This document shows positions 9,286 through 18,563 of a stretch of DNA of 64,000 nucleotides, one piece after another (the first letter of the stretch is position 1; every line of letters begins with the position of its first letter). The position numbers were made by a program, and so were the translations under genes. The notes under the pieces are model-generated. The model worked only from the letters and a program-made list of their open reading frames with translations. It made no database searches and had not been told where the DNA came from. Where the stretch lies: assembly GCA_022843285.1 (NCBI GenBank), contig JALHNY010000001.1, positions 79,128 to 143,127 of the forward strand, written 5' to 3'. The stretch is from Minisyncoccota bacterium (lineage in GTDB: Bacteria > Patescibacteriota > Minisyncoccia > UBA6257 > 2-01-FULL-56-20).

Positions 9286-9996
9286 CTAGGCTCGCCCCAG
9301 GTAGTGCTCGAGGGTGTAGACCCAGTCCTCCTCTGGGCGGTCTGAGTTCCGCTTCTGCTCCAGGAGCCACTCGAGGTAGCCCGGATCGGTGCGCGCCACG
9401 TCCTCGACCTTCGCGCCGAAGTACTTCCCGAACTTGATCGTGCGAATGAGCGAGGGGAGGAGCGAAATCTTCTGCATCTCGGCGATTGCCGCGTCCCGCT
9501 CCATGCCCGCAGCCTCCATCTTGGAGAGCAGCCGCTCGAAGAGCGCCGCGAGCACCCTCACGTCGGTGGCCGCGTCGTGCGCGCCACCGTCCACCTCGAT
9601 GCCCAGGTAGTACCTCAGGTACTGCAGCCCGTACTCGGGAATCACCGCGTCGGCGTCCAGGTGGCGCGCCACCTTGAGCGTGCAGATGCGGCGGGAGACC
9701 TCGATGCCCTCCGCCTCGAGCATGGCGGCATCAAAGGCGCAGTTGTGGCAGACCAGGATGCCGTCCTTCAGGAGGCCGGAAATCTTCTCGTGCGTGCCAC
9801 TGCCCGCGAACGCCGGCAGCCCCTCGAGCATCTTCTCGGTGATGTGCGTGATGCTCATGGCCTTCACGGACATGGGTACCGGCGGCTTGAAGCGGGCCAC
9901 CTCGAGCTCGCCGTCCACCTGGTACGCGACCTCGCAGAGGCGATCCTTCGCGGGGTCGTTGCCGGTGGTCTCGGTGTCCAGGAATACGAGCTTCAT
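9286..9996 (-). CDS. exoX: Exodeoxyribonuclease X-like DnaQ-family 3'-5' exonuclease
   Basis: FLDTETTG exo I motif, HNCAFD, DAATD...; C-terminal FGKYFGAKVEDVARTDPGYLEWLL...LEHYL matches E. coli ExoX C-terminus; leaderless TATACT-N7-ATG upstream. ORF-track extension to 11526 is spurious. Confidence 0.8.
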   Translation of the reverse strand: MKLVFLDTETTGNDPAKDRLCEVAYQVDGELEVARFKPPVPMSVKAMSITHITEKMLEGLPAFAGSGTHEKISGLLKDGILVCHNCAFDAAMLEAEGIEVSRRICTLKVARHLDADAVIPEYGLQYLRYYLGIEVDGGAHDAATDVRVLAALFERLLSKMEAAGMERDAAIAEMQKISLLPSLIRTIKFGKYFGAKVEDVARTDPGYLEWLLEQKRNSDRPEEDWVYTLEHYLGRA

Positions 9997-10056
9997 GGGT
10001 GGCAGTATAGCTGACTCTTTAGCAAGAACTGCACCGCGCCCTGGTATACTTGCTGC
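9997..10056. promoter_or_regulatory. Divergent intergenic region with TATACT boxes on both strands (minus 10004-10009, plus 10045-10050) feeding leaderless starts
   Basis: cagcTATACTgccacccATG (minus) and ggTATACTtgctgcGTG (plus). Confidence 0.45.
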
Positions 10057-11766
10057 GTGGAACAGCCCGAGGACATCACGTACATCGGCAGGACGGACTT
10101 CCGCGGCGCGGAGCGCCTCTTCGGCATCAAGCGCCGGGACCGCCGCCAGCACATGTACATCATCGGAAAGTCCGGCACGGGTAAGTCGACGCTGATCGGC
10201 AACCTCATGGTGCAGGACATCGCCAACGGCGAGGGCATCGCCGTCGTCGACCCGCACGGCGAGCTCGCGGAGCACACCATGGCGCGCATCCCACTCTCCA
10301 GGCGCCAGGACGTCGTGTACTTCAACCCGTCGGACCTGGAGTACTCCATCGGCTTTAACGTCCTGGAGCTCTCCGACCCGACCGACGCGAAGGAGAAGAA
10401 CCTCGTGGCCTCCGGCCTCATGAGCATCTTCGAGAAGCTCTGGGCGGGCACGTGGTCCTCGCGCATGGAGCACATCATGAACAACACCATCCTGGCGCTC
10501 CTCGACACGCCGGGCTCGACGCTCCTCGGCATCCCGCGCATGTTCGCGGACAACGCGTACCGGCAGCAGGTCCTCAACAACGTCACGGACCCGTCCGTGC
10601 TCTCGTTCTGGCTCAACGAGTACGAGACGTGGGACGACCGGTACCGCAAGGAGGCCATCGCGCCGATCCAGAACAAGGTCGGGCGCTTCCTCTCCACGCC
10701 GCTCATCCGCAACATCGTGGGGCAGAGCAAGAGCACGATCGACATCTACAAGATCATGAACGAGGGGAAGATCTTCATCATCAACCTCTCGAAGGGCATG
10801 ATCGGCGAGGACAACTCGGCGCTGCTCGGCGCGATGCTCATCACGAAGATTCAGCTCTCCGCCATGCGCCGCGTGGAGATTCGCGACGAGGACCAGCGCG
10901 TGGACTTCTACCTGTACGTCGACGAGTTCCAGAACTTCGCCACGGACTCCTTCGCCACTATTCTCTCGGAGGCCCGCAAGTACCGCCTGAACCTCGTGGT
11001 CGCGCACCAGTACGTCGGCCAGCTCGTCACGGACACGTCCACGCGCGTGCGCGACGCCATCTTCGGCAACGTGGGCACCATGGTGGCGTTCCGCGTGGGC
11101 GCCGATGACGCCGAGTTCCTCGAGCGCGAGTTCAAGCCGGAGTTCACGACCCACGACCTGATCAACCTCCCGAACCGCCGCATCTTCCTGAAGCTCATGG
11201 TGGACGGCGTCTCCTCGCGGCCGTTCTCCGCGTCCACGCTCCCGCCCTTCAAGGCAACCGAGGCGAGCATTCCCGAGGAGGAGATCGTCTCGGCGAGCCG
11301 CAAGCTGTACGCGCGGCCGCGCTACGTCATCGAGGCCGAAATCAACCAGAGCAGCGGCCTGGGCGGCACCGAGCAGCTCCGCCAGAAGCAGATCAGCGGC
11401 GCCATGCGCCGCGAGGGCCCGCGCGTGCGGACGCCGCAGCGCGGGGGAGACACCGCCGACCTCGCCGCGCTCGGCTTCGACATGACCTCGCACCGCTCTC
11501 CCGCGCCGCGCGCACCGCGCCCGCACGACGGCAACTACCGCCCCTCGAGCTTCGCCCCGCAGCGGAAGCCGGTGGCTCCACCCCCGCAGAGGCCGCCGGC
11601 CAAGCCGGCGGCGCCCGTCCGCGGCACCGGCGGCGTCTCGCTGTCCGCGCTCTCCGGGGAGGGCGGGTCGCGCCCGTCCATCGCGCCGAGCAAGCCCGTC
11701 GACGTCGAGGCAATCAAGAAGTCCATCGAGCAGGCACTGAAGAAGAATGAAGGCGACAAAGACTAG
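10057..11766 (+). CDS. TraG/VirD4/TrwB-family (type IV coupling protein-like) ATPase with intact Walker A/B and disordered Pro/Arg-rich C-terminal tail
   Basis: YIIGKSGTGKSTLIGNLMVQDI, AVVDPHGEL, FYLYVDEFQNFATDSF...RKYRLNLVVAHQYVGQL (TraG-D_C-like); GTG start; no N-terminal TM. Confidence 0.65.
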   Translation: MEQPEDITYIGRTDFRGAERLFGIKRRDRRQHMYIIGKSGTGKSTLIGNLMVQDIANGEGIAVVDPHGELAEHTMARIPLSRRQDVVYFNPSDLEYSIGFNVLELSDPTDAKEKNLVASGLMSIFEKLWAGTWSSRMEHIMNNTILALLDTPGSTLLGIPRMFADNAYRQQVLNNVTDPSVLSFWLNEYETWDDRYRKEAIAPIQNKVGRFLSTPLIRNIVGQSKSTIDIYKIMNEGKIFIINLSKGMIGEDNSALLGAMLITKIQLSAMRRVEIRDEDQRVDFYLYVDEFQNFATDSFATILSEARKYRLNLVVAHQYVGQLVTDTSTRVRDAIFGNVGTMVAFRVGADDAEFLEREFKPEFTTHDLINLPNRRIFLKLMVDGVSSRPFSASTLPPFKATEASIPEEEIVSASRKLYARPRYVIEAEINQSSGLGGTEQLRQKQISGAMRREGPRVRTPQRGGDTADLAALGFDMTSHRSPAPRAPRPHDGNYRPSSFAPQRKPVAPPPQRPPAKPAAPVRGTGGVSLSALSGEGGSRPSIAPSKPVDVEAIKKSIEQALKKNEGDKD

Positions 11767-12424
11767 GCCTAGGGTGCGCTTCTCGCTCCTCTCCGCCGCC
11801 CCCGAGGTGGCGGAGAGCTACGCGCGCTCGTCCATTCTCGGCCGCGCCCAGCGAGCCGGCCTCATCCAGGTGGACCTGGTGGCCCTCAGGGACTTCGCCG
11901 GTGACGCGCACCGCACCATCGACGACAAGCCCTTCGGCGGCGGGCCGGGCATGGTCCTGAAGGTGGAGCCGATCGTGCGAGCCGTGAGGAGCGTGCGCCC
12001 GCGCCCGGGCGCCACGAGCCGCGTCGTTCTGTTTTCGACGCGCGGCAAGCCGTTCACGCAGAAGGAGGCGAAGCGGCTCTCGAAGTACAGGCACCTCGTG
12101 CTCATCGCCGGGCGGTACGAGGGCGTGGACGAGCGCGTGGCTGAGCACGTCGCGGACGAGGAGATCTCCCTGGGTGACTTCGTGCTCACCGGGGGAGAGG
12201 TCCCGGCGCTCGCGGTGATAGACGCGGTGAGCCGCCTCGTACCCGGCGTGCTCGGCAAGTCCGAGTCCCTCGAGGAGGTGAACGGCAGCTTCCCCACGTA
12301 CACGAGGCCCGCCTCGTTCTCCCCGGGCAGGGGCAAGGAGACGTGGGACGTTCCCGAGGTGCTCGCGTCCGGCGACCACGGGGCGGTGGCAGCGTGGCGT
12401 CGCGCCTCGAGGGGGACGCGGTAG
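11747..12424 (+). CDS. trmD: tRNA (guanine37-N1)-methyltransferase TrmD
   Basis: DDKPFGGGPGMVLKVEP, GRYEGVDERV, SLGDFVLTGGE motifs; start may be slightly downstream (overlaps upstream gene by 20 nt). Confidence 0.85.
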   Translation: MKATKTRPRVRFSLLSAAPEVAESYARSSILGRAQRAGLIQVDLVALRDFAGDAHRTIDDKPFGGGPGMVLKVEPIVRAVRSVRPRPGATSRVVLFSTRGKPFTQKEAKRLSKYRHLVLIAGRYEGVDERVAEHVADEEISLGDFVLTGGEVPALAVIDAVSRLVPGVLGKSESLEEVNGSFPTYTRPASFSPGRGKETWDVPEVLASGDHGAVAAWRRASRGTR

Positions 12425-13506
12425 GGCTCGCGGCGGCCGGCGTCGTTTCGGGAACGGCGCTCGCCGCGCTGGGCGCCCCCGCTCTCCTCGCCGCGCTCTC
12501 CGCGTCCGCCCCGCTCGCTCTCCTGAGGCGCCGCGCCTGGGTGCTCAGCGCCGCCCTGCTGCTGGCGTTCGCGTCTTTCGCCACCCGGGTCGGCGGTGGC
12601 CGCTCCGCGCCCGATCCGCTCGCGACTTTGCGGGCGGGCCTGCTGGCCCCGCTGCTGCGGAGCGTGCCCGGCGATTCGGGCGCGCTCGCCGCGGGCCTCA
12701 CGCTCGGCGATGACGGGTACTTCAGCGCGGACGCCCGGCGCAGCTTCCGCGACAGCGCCACGACCCACCTCGTCGCCCTCTCGGGGTTCAACGTGGCGCT
12801 CATGGTCGGCGCGCTCCGGAGGGTTCTCGCGAGGCACCTGAGCCCGCGCCGCTTCGCGGTGCTCGCGTGCGCCGCCCTCCTGGCCTTCCTCTGCGTCACG
12901 GGCTTCCAGCCCTCCCTGCTGCGAGCCTCGCTCGCCGGCGGCGCGCTCCTGCTCGCCGGGGCGTGGGGGAGGCGCGCGGGGCACGCGCGCGTGGTGCTCC
13001 TGGTGGCCGCGGCGATGCTCGTCGCGGCGCCGTCCTTCGCCCTTCACCTCGGCTTCACGCTCTCCTTTGCCGCAGCGTGGGCGCTCGTTGCTACGGTGGG
13101 TGACGTGGAGAGGCTCCTCATCAGCGGCCGGGCGACGGCAAGGGACGTGATCGTCTCCGGCGTGATCCCGACGGCCGTCGCGCAGCTCGCCGTGCTGCCG
13201 GTGCTCCTCGCGGCGGTGGGCACGGTCCCGCTCGTGGGGTTCCTGGTGAACCCCGCCCTCGTTCCCGCGGTTCCCGCCCTCACCGCCGCGTCGTGGCTGC
13301 AGCTGCTCGCCTCGCACGTGTCGCCCGACGTCGCGACACTCGGCGGCGCGGTGACCGGCGCCGCGCTGAGCTTCGTCACGGGCGCCGCGGGCGCCGCCGC
13401 CAGCACCCCGCTCGCCGTTACGCTGCCCGTCCCGCCGCTCCTGGTCGTCGCCGGGTACGCCGCGTGGTTCCTCCTCGCCGTGCGCCGCAAGCCGCGCCTG
13501 TGGTGA
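12343..13506 (+). CDS. comEC: ComEC/Rec2 competence-channel (polytopic membrane) domain protein; start uncertain (ATG 12343 overlaps trmD; GTG 12541 alternative)
   Basis: HLVALSGFNVALMVGALRRVL signature of ComEC competence domain, many TM helices; ends at TGA overlapping GTG of next ORF (GTGGTGA). Confidence 0.6.
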   Translation: MGRSRGARVRRPRGGGSVASRLEGDAVGLAAAGVVSGTALAALGAPALLAALSASAPLALLRRRAWVLSAALLLAFASFATRVGGGRSAPDPLATLRAGLLAPLLRSVPGDSGALAAGLTLGDDGYFSADARRSFRDSATTHLVALSGFNVALMVGALRRVLARHLSPRRFAVLACAALLAFLCVTGFQPSLLRASLAGGALLLAGAWGRRAGHARVVLLVAAAMLVAAPSFALHLGFTLSFAAAWALVATVGDVERLLISGRATARDVIVSGVIPTAVAQLAVLPVLLAAVGTVPLVGFLVNPALVPAVPALTAASWLQLLASHVSPDVATLGGAVTGAALSFVTGAAGAAASTPLAVTLPVPPLLVVAGYAAWFLLAVRRKPRLW

Positions 13507-14315
13507 GGCACGGCTTCCTGCTCCTCCTCGCACTCACCGGGTGCGCGTGCCTGCTCACGCTGCCGCGGCGCGACTCAGCCCGCGCGCTCTCGCTCATCGA
13601 CGTGGGCCAGGGTGACGCCGCCTACATCCAGTCCGGCGGCGCCGGGCTGCTGGTCGACACGGGCGTCCCCGGGAGCTCCGCAGACCTCTCGGCACCCGGC
13701 CCGGTGAGCGCGCTCCTGGTTACGCACCTGGAGCGCGACCACGCGGGCGACGCGGCGAAGGTCATCGCGCGTGGCAACCTCGCCGCCGTTTTCTGGAACG
13801 GGCGCACCGATGCGCCGCTCCACGGCGATGTTGCGAGGGCAGCCGGTGCGGCTGGCGTGCCGCTCGTCGCGCTCGTGCCCGGTGACGTCCTCAGGGTGGG
13901 GGACGTGCGGCTCGAGGTCCTATCTCCCGGCCCCGGGTACCGGACGAGCGCGGACCACAACGACAGCTCTCTCGTCCTGCGCGCCGACTTTCCCGAGTTC
14001 TCGGCTCTCCTGACGGGGGACGCCCCCGCCGAGGTCGAGCGCCTCCTGCCGCCGGGTCCGGCGGACGTCGACGTCCTGAAGCTCGGCCACCACGGCTCCA
14101 AGACGGCCACCGGTGACCACCTCCTGGATCTCGCGACGCCCGCACTGGCCCTCGTGTCCGTCGGGGCGGGCAACCGCTACGGGCACCCCGCGCCCGAGGT
14201 GCTCGCGCGGCTCGAGGGGCGCGGCATCCCGCTCCTGCGCACGGACGAGCAGGGGACCATCACGGTGTTCTGGCGCGACGGCGAGCTGCGCGCCTCGACG
14301 TCGAGCGCGCGCTAG
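13503..14315 (+). CDS. comEC: ComEC C-terminal metallo-beta-lactamase (MBL) nuclease domain encoded as separate ORF (or frameshifted)
   Basis: TM helix then LIDVGQGDAAYI and LLVTHLERDHAGDA, KLGHHGSK MBL motifs; different frame from upstream ComEC ORF. Confidence 0.6.
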   Translation: MRHGFLLLLALTGCACLLTLPRRDSARALSLIDVGQGDAAYIQSGGAGLLVDTGVPGSSADLSAPGPVSALLVTHLERDHAGDAAKVIARGNLAAVFWNGRTDAPLHGDVARAAGAAGVPLVALVPGDVLRVGDVRLEVLSPGPGYRTSADHNDSSLVLRADFPEFSALLTGDAPAEVERLLPPGPADVDVLKLGHHGSKTATGDHLLDLATPALALVSVGAGNRYGHPAPEVLARLEGRGIPLLRTDEQGTITVFWRDGELRASTSSAR

Positions 14316-14325
14316 GGGTGCACGG

Positions 14326-14337
14326 TATACTGGGCTC
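14326..14337 (+). promoter_or_regulatory. TATACT box 6 nt upstream of GTG start of ftsW (leaderless)
   Basis: cggTATACTgggctcGTG. Confidence 0.45.
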
Positions 14338-15450
14338 GTGCCCAACCTCAAGACCATCTTCCGGCGCGCGCACTCCGCGGACCAGATGCTCGCGGCCATC
14401 ATGGCGCTCCTCGTCGCCGGGGGACTGGTCATCCTCGCCTCCGCGTCCAGCAACCTCGGCGAGGTGAACTACGGTGACTCGTACTACTACCTCAAGCACC
14501 AGATCCTGTACGGCCTCACGCTGGGCATCGCCGGCTTCCTGATCGCGAGCCGCGTGCACTACACGTGGCTCAAGAAGGTAGCCTTCCCGCTGCTCATCGT
14601 CTCCGCGCTCTGCCTGCTGCTCGTCCCGTTCGTGGGCGTCACCGTGCAGGGGGCGACCCGCTGGCTGGCCATCGGCCCCATCACGTTCCAGCCGTCCGAG
14701 CTGCTCAAGATCACCTACATCCTGTACCTGGCCGCGTGGCTCTCCGGCGCGTCCCGCCGCCGCACGCAGGACGTGCGGACGGGGTTCCTGCCGTTCCTCA
14801 TCGTCTCGGGGGGCATCGCGCTCCTGCTCATGCTGCAGCCGGCGACCTCGACGCTGATCATCCTGCTCGGGTCCGGCCTCATCCTGTACACGTTCGGCGG
14901 CGCGCCGTTCAAGTACTTCCTCATCTCGGTGCTGCTCGGCGTCGTCGCAATCGGGGCGCTCATCTCCATTACCGGGTACCAGCTGGACCGCATCAAGGGC
15001 TTCCTGAACCCCTCCGAGACGTCCCAGGCAGAGGGCTTCCACACCACGCAGGCGCTGATCGCGATCGGCTCGGGGGGCATCACGGGCGTCGGGTACGGCG
15101 AGTCCACGACGAAGGTCTCGTTCCTCCCCGAGCCCACCGATGACTCCATCTTCGCCGTCGCCGCCGAGGAGTTCGGGTTCATAGGCTCGAGCATCATCGT
15201 CGCGCTCTTCGGCTCGCTCGTGGTCCGCCTCTACATGCTCGCGTGGCGCACCAAGGACCAGTTCGGGCAGCTCCTGCTCGTCGGGTTCGGCACGGTCATC
15301 GGCGCGCAGGCGTTCGTCAACATGGCGGTCATCTCGGGCATGGGGCCGCTCACGGGCGTCCCGCTGCCGTTCATCAGCTACGGCGGCACGGCTCTCGCCG
15401 TCTTCATGACGATGATCGGCATCTCGAGCAACGTCTCGGCCAACAACTGA
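14338..15450 (+). CDS. ftsW: SEDS-family peptidoglycan glycosyltransferase FtsW/RodA
   Basis: multi-TM, conserved ...GATRWLAIGPITFQPSELLKI... and C-terminal PLPFISYGGT; placed before murG. Confidence 0.8.
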   Translation: MPNLKTIFRRAHSADQMLAAIMALLVAGGLVILASASSNLGEVNYGDSYYYLKHQILYGLTLGIAGFLIASRVHYTWLKKVAFPLLIVSALCLLLVPFVGVTVQGATRWLAIGPITFQPSELLKITYILYLAAWLSGASRRRTQDVRTGFLPFLIVSGGIALLLMLQPATSTLIILLGSGLILYTFGGAPFKYFLISVLLGVVAIGALISITGYQLDRIKGFLNPSETSQAEGFHTTQALIAIGSGGITGVGYGESTTKVSFLPEPTDDSIFAVAAEEFGFIGSSIIVALFGSLVVRLYMLAWRTKDQFGQLLLVGFGTVIGAQAFVNMAVISGMGPLTGVPLPFISYGGTALAVFMTMIGISSNVSANN

Positions 15451-15480
15451 TCCCGCGCCTGGTATACTCACGGCACTGCC

Positions 15481-16605
15481 ATGGGCACCAGGCGCATTCT
15501 CATGACCGGCGGCGGGAGCGGGGGGCACGTGTACCCGCTGCTTGCCGTTGCCGAGGTGATTCGCTCCCAGGATTTGGGGAGGACCATTGAGTTGCACTAC
15601 CTGGGGCCCCAGGACGCGTACCGGCCGCTCTTCGAGGCGCTGGACGTGCAGGTGCACGCGCTCTCGGGCGCGAAGCTGCGCCGCTACTTCTCGGTCCAGA
15701 ACCTGCTCGACGTGCCGCGCTTCTTCCTCTCCCTGCTGCAAGCGTTCTGGCGCGTCTTCCTCCTGATGCCCGACGCCACGTACTCGAAGGGCGGCCCCGG
15801 AGCCCTCCCGGTGGTGTTCGCGTCCTGGTTCTTCCGCGTGCCCGTGCTCATCCACGAGTCCGACGTCGTGCCGGGCCTCACCAACCGCATCTCGGCGCGC
15901 TTCGCCCGCCGCATCGCGGTGAGCTTCGAGTCCGCCGTGCACCACTTCCCGCCGTCCAAGGTCGCCTGGAGCGGCCACCCGGAGCGCCGCAGCATCCGCG
16001 AGGCGGGTCTCACGCGCGAGGGCGCGAAGTCCAAGCTCGGGTTCCTCCCCGATGAGCCCCTCACCGTGGTCATCGGCGGGTCGCAGGGCTCCGTGCGCCT
16101 CAACGAGGCGGTCCTGGGCGCCATGGCTGCGCTCGTGCCGGTCACGCAGGTGCTGCACCAGGTCGGGCCCGGGAACGAGGCCGAGGCGGGCGCCATTGCG
16201 GAGGCCGGCATGCTCGCGGCTGCCGGGATGGTCGCGGCGCGCCACCCGTGGAAGGTCGTCCCGTACCTCGTCGACATCGGCACGGCGATCACCGCCGCGG
16301 ACCTGGTGGTGTCACGGGCGGGGAGCGGCAGCATCTTCGAGATCGCGTCATTCGGGCGCCCCGCCATTCTCGTGCCCCTGCCCGAGTCCGCGAACGACCA
16401 CCAGCGCCTCAACGCGCTCGCCTTCGCCGAGGCGGGCGGGGCGCTCGTCATCGAGGAGACGAACCTCGTGCCGGGCATCCTCGCGCGCCAGGTTTCCGAC
16501 ATTCTCGGCAACCTCTCCCGGCGGCAGGCCATGGAGACGGCGAGCCGCTCGTTCTCGAAGGACGGCGCGGCAGACCTCATCGCCGCGGAGCTCCTGCGCA
16601 TCTAG
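15481..16605 (+). CDS. murG: UDP-N-acetylglucosamine--N-acetylmuramyl-(pentapeptide) pyrophosphoryl-undecaprenol GlcNAc transferase MurG
   Basis: MTGGGSGGHVYPLLAV N-terminus, GT28 C-terminal domain; TATACT 12 nt upstream. Confidence 0.85.
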   Translation: MGTRRILMTGGGSGGHVYPLLAVAEVIRSQDLGRTIELHYLGPQDAYRPLFEALDVQVHALSGAKLRRYFSVQNLLDVPRFFLSLLQAFWRVFLLMPDATYSKGGPGALPVVFASWFFRVPVLIHESDVVPGLTNRISARFARRIAVSFESAVHHFPPSKVAWSGHPERRSIREAGLTREGAKSKLGFLPDEPLTVVIGGSQGSVRLNEAVLGAMAALVPVTQVLHQVGPGNEAEAGAIAEAGMLAAAGMVAARHPWKVVPYLVDIGTAITAADLVVSRAGSGSIFEIASFGRPAILVPLPESANDHQRLNALAFAEAGGALVIEETNLVPGILARQVSDILGNLSRRQAMETASRSFSKDGAADLIAAELLRI

Positions 16606-16684
16606 TTGCTGTTCCTGGGAAAAGTGATATAACTTTTACCGGTGCCACGGACGTGGCAAATTTTATAACTGAGAGGTAGTAGAG

Positions 16685-17026
16685 ATGAGAAACGAAATTC
16701 CCGACGCCCTGTCTCAGGACGAGAGCACGGGCTGCCTGCAGTACATCGTGGCGACGGTCATCGGAGTGGTGATCAGCCTCGTGGGCTTTTTCACCAACGA
16801 GCGCACGCTGGCGAACTTCGCCCTGGCGAGCCTCGCCGGCGCCACGACAGCCGTCGCGTGCCTGCTCATGTGGGCTTTCGCCAACAACGACGAGAAGCTC
16901 GGTCGGGAGCGCACGCGCGATGTGCTGCACTCCTGGCTCATCGTCTGGGTAATCATGCTCGTGCTCGTCGCGTGCTACTCCGCCCTGGCGTTTGCCATAT
17001 GGCTGGCTTACCGGTGGATTTTTTAG
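16685..17026 (+). CDS. Small 4-TM membrane protein, unknown function
   Basis: hydrophobic segments; SD-like gagagg upstream. Confidence 0.45.
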   Translation: MRNEIPDALSQDESTGCLQYIVATVIGVVISLVGFFTNERTLANFALASLAGATTAVACLLMWAFANNDEKLGRERTRDVLHSWLIVWVIMLVLVACYSALAFAIWLAYRWIF

Positions 17027-17107
17027 GCAGTTTCCCAGGTGAGCGGTGCAACGAAGTCCGGGGCGAGAGCCTCGGATTTCTCCTTTTCTGGTGGTACAGT
17101 GACGTCC

Positions 17108-18514
17108 ATGAGCGAGCAGATTCGCGTCCGCATGGCACCGTCCCCGACGGGGCACCTGCACGTCGGCACCGCACGGGCCGCGCTCTTCAACTACCTCTAC
17201 GCCCGCCACTACGGCGCCACGTTCATCCTGCGCCTCGAGGACACGGACCAAGAGCGCAGCCGGGACGAGTTCGCCCGGGAGATCGTGGAGGGCCTCGAGT
17301 GGATGGGCATGCGCTGGGACGAGGGCCCGTACGTCGAGGGCGGCGAGTGGCGCTCGCGCGGCGACTTCGGCCCGTACCTCCAGAGCCAGCGCACCGAGAC
17401 GTACCGCACGTACCTCGAGCGCCTGCTCGCGTCTGGGCACGCGTACTGGTGCTACTGCACCAAGGAGGAGCTCGAGGCGGAGCGCGCCCGGCAGCAGGAG
17501 GCGAAGCAGGCACCGCGGTACGCGGGCACCTGCCGCGAGCTCTCCGGCCCGCCCGAAGGCAAAATTGCACAGGTCGTCCGCTTCAAGACGCCAGGTGGGG
17601 ACGTGACGTTCGCGGACGTCATCCGCGGCGAGATCAAGACCGACGCCGCGCTCCTCGATGACTTCGCGATTGCGAAGGGCCTCGATGTGCCCCTGTACAA
17701 CTTCGCGGTGGTGGCGGACGACATAGAGATGCAGATCACGCACGTCATCCGCGGCGAGGATCACATCTCGAACACGCCGAAGCAGCTGCTCATTTTTGCG
17801 GCGCTCGGCGCCACCCCGCCGCGCTACGCGCACCTGCCACTCGTCCTCGCCGCGGACCGCACGAAGCTCTCCAAGCGCACGAGCGAGACGTCGCTGCTCG
17901 CGTACCGCGACCAGGGCTTCCTGCCCTCCGCGCTCGTGAACTTCTTCGCGCTCCTCGGCTGGCACCCCGCGGGGGACCGGGAGGTGCTCTCCCCGGACGA
18001 GCTCATTGCCGAGTTCACCATCGAGCGCGTGCAGAAGTCCGGCGCCGTCTTCGATGAGGCGAAGCTCAGGCACATCAACCGGGAGCACATCAAGCTGATG
18101 GACCCGCGCGACCTGGCACTGGCGCTCCGCCCCTTCTTTGCGGGTGCAAACCTCAGCGACGAGGTGCTGGAGCGGTTCGCCGCTGCGGAGCAGGGGAGGG
18201 CGGACACGCTCGCCGAGATGGCTGCGGGTGCCGCCTGGCTCACGTCGTACGAGCTGCCCGGTGCGGACGTCCTGGACCGCCAGGGAGGCGCCCGCGCGCA
18301 CCTGGAAGCCGCCGCAGCTGCAGCCGCCAGCGGCCGCCTGGAGTCCTGGATTGCCCCGTACGCCGAGGAGCACGGGAAGAAGGAGGTGTACTGGCCGGTG
18401 CGCGTGGCCCTCTCCGGATCGGAGAAGTCTCCCGATCCCGTTTCCCTCGCGGCGGTGCTCGGCCCGGAGGAGTCTGCCGCGCGCCTGGCTGCCGCAGCCC
18501 AGAAGCTCCAGTAA
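17108..18514 (+). CDS. gltX: Glutamate--tRNA ligase
   Basis: RMAPSPTGHLHVGTARAALFNY (HIGH), LRLEDTDQERS, KLSKR (KMSKS-like); TACAGT-N7-ATG upstream; ORF-track start 17039 is an upstream extension. Confidence 0.85.
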   Translation: MSEQIRVRMAPSPTGHLHVGTARAALFNYLYARHYGATFILRLEDTDQERSRDEFAREIVEGLEWMGMRWDEGPYVEGGEWRSRGDFGPYLQSQRTETYRTYLERLLASGHAYWCYCTKEELEAERARQQEAKQAPRYAGTCRELSGPPEGKIAQVVRFKTPGGDVTFADVIRGEIKTDAALLDDFAIAKGLDVPLYNFAVVADDIEMQITHVIRGEDHISNTPKQLLIFAALGATPPRYAHLPLVLAADRTKLSKRTSETSLLAYRDQGFLPSALVNFFALLGWHPAGDREVLSPDELIAEFTIERVQKSGAVFDEAKLRHINREHIKLMDPRDLALALRPFFAGANLSDEVLERFAAAEQGRADTLAEMAAGAAWLTSYELPGADVLDRQGGARAHLEAAAAAAASGRLESWIAPYAEEHGKKEVYWPVRVALSGSEKSPDPVSLAAVLGPEESAARLAAAAQKLQ

Positions 18515-18563
18515 GTGCGGGGCTCCTGACCCGTTGTAGCGGGTAGTGTATACTTACCCCCGT

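Noticed and set aside
9997-11526. Minus-strand ORF-track call 9286..11526 (746 aa) treated as one gene
   Set aside because: Only the C-terminal 236 aa (9286..9996) match ExoX. The upstream part is antisense shadow of the VirD4-like gene. A TATACT-N7-ATG box precedes the internal ATG.
16577-18373. 598-aa minus-strand ORF antisense to gltX
   Set aside because: It is a shadow ORF. gltX has HIGH and KMSKS-like motifs on the plus strand.
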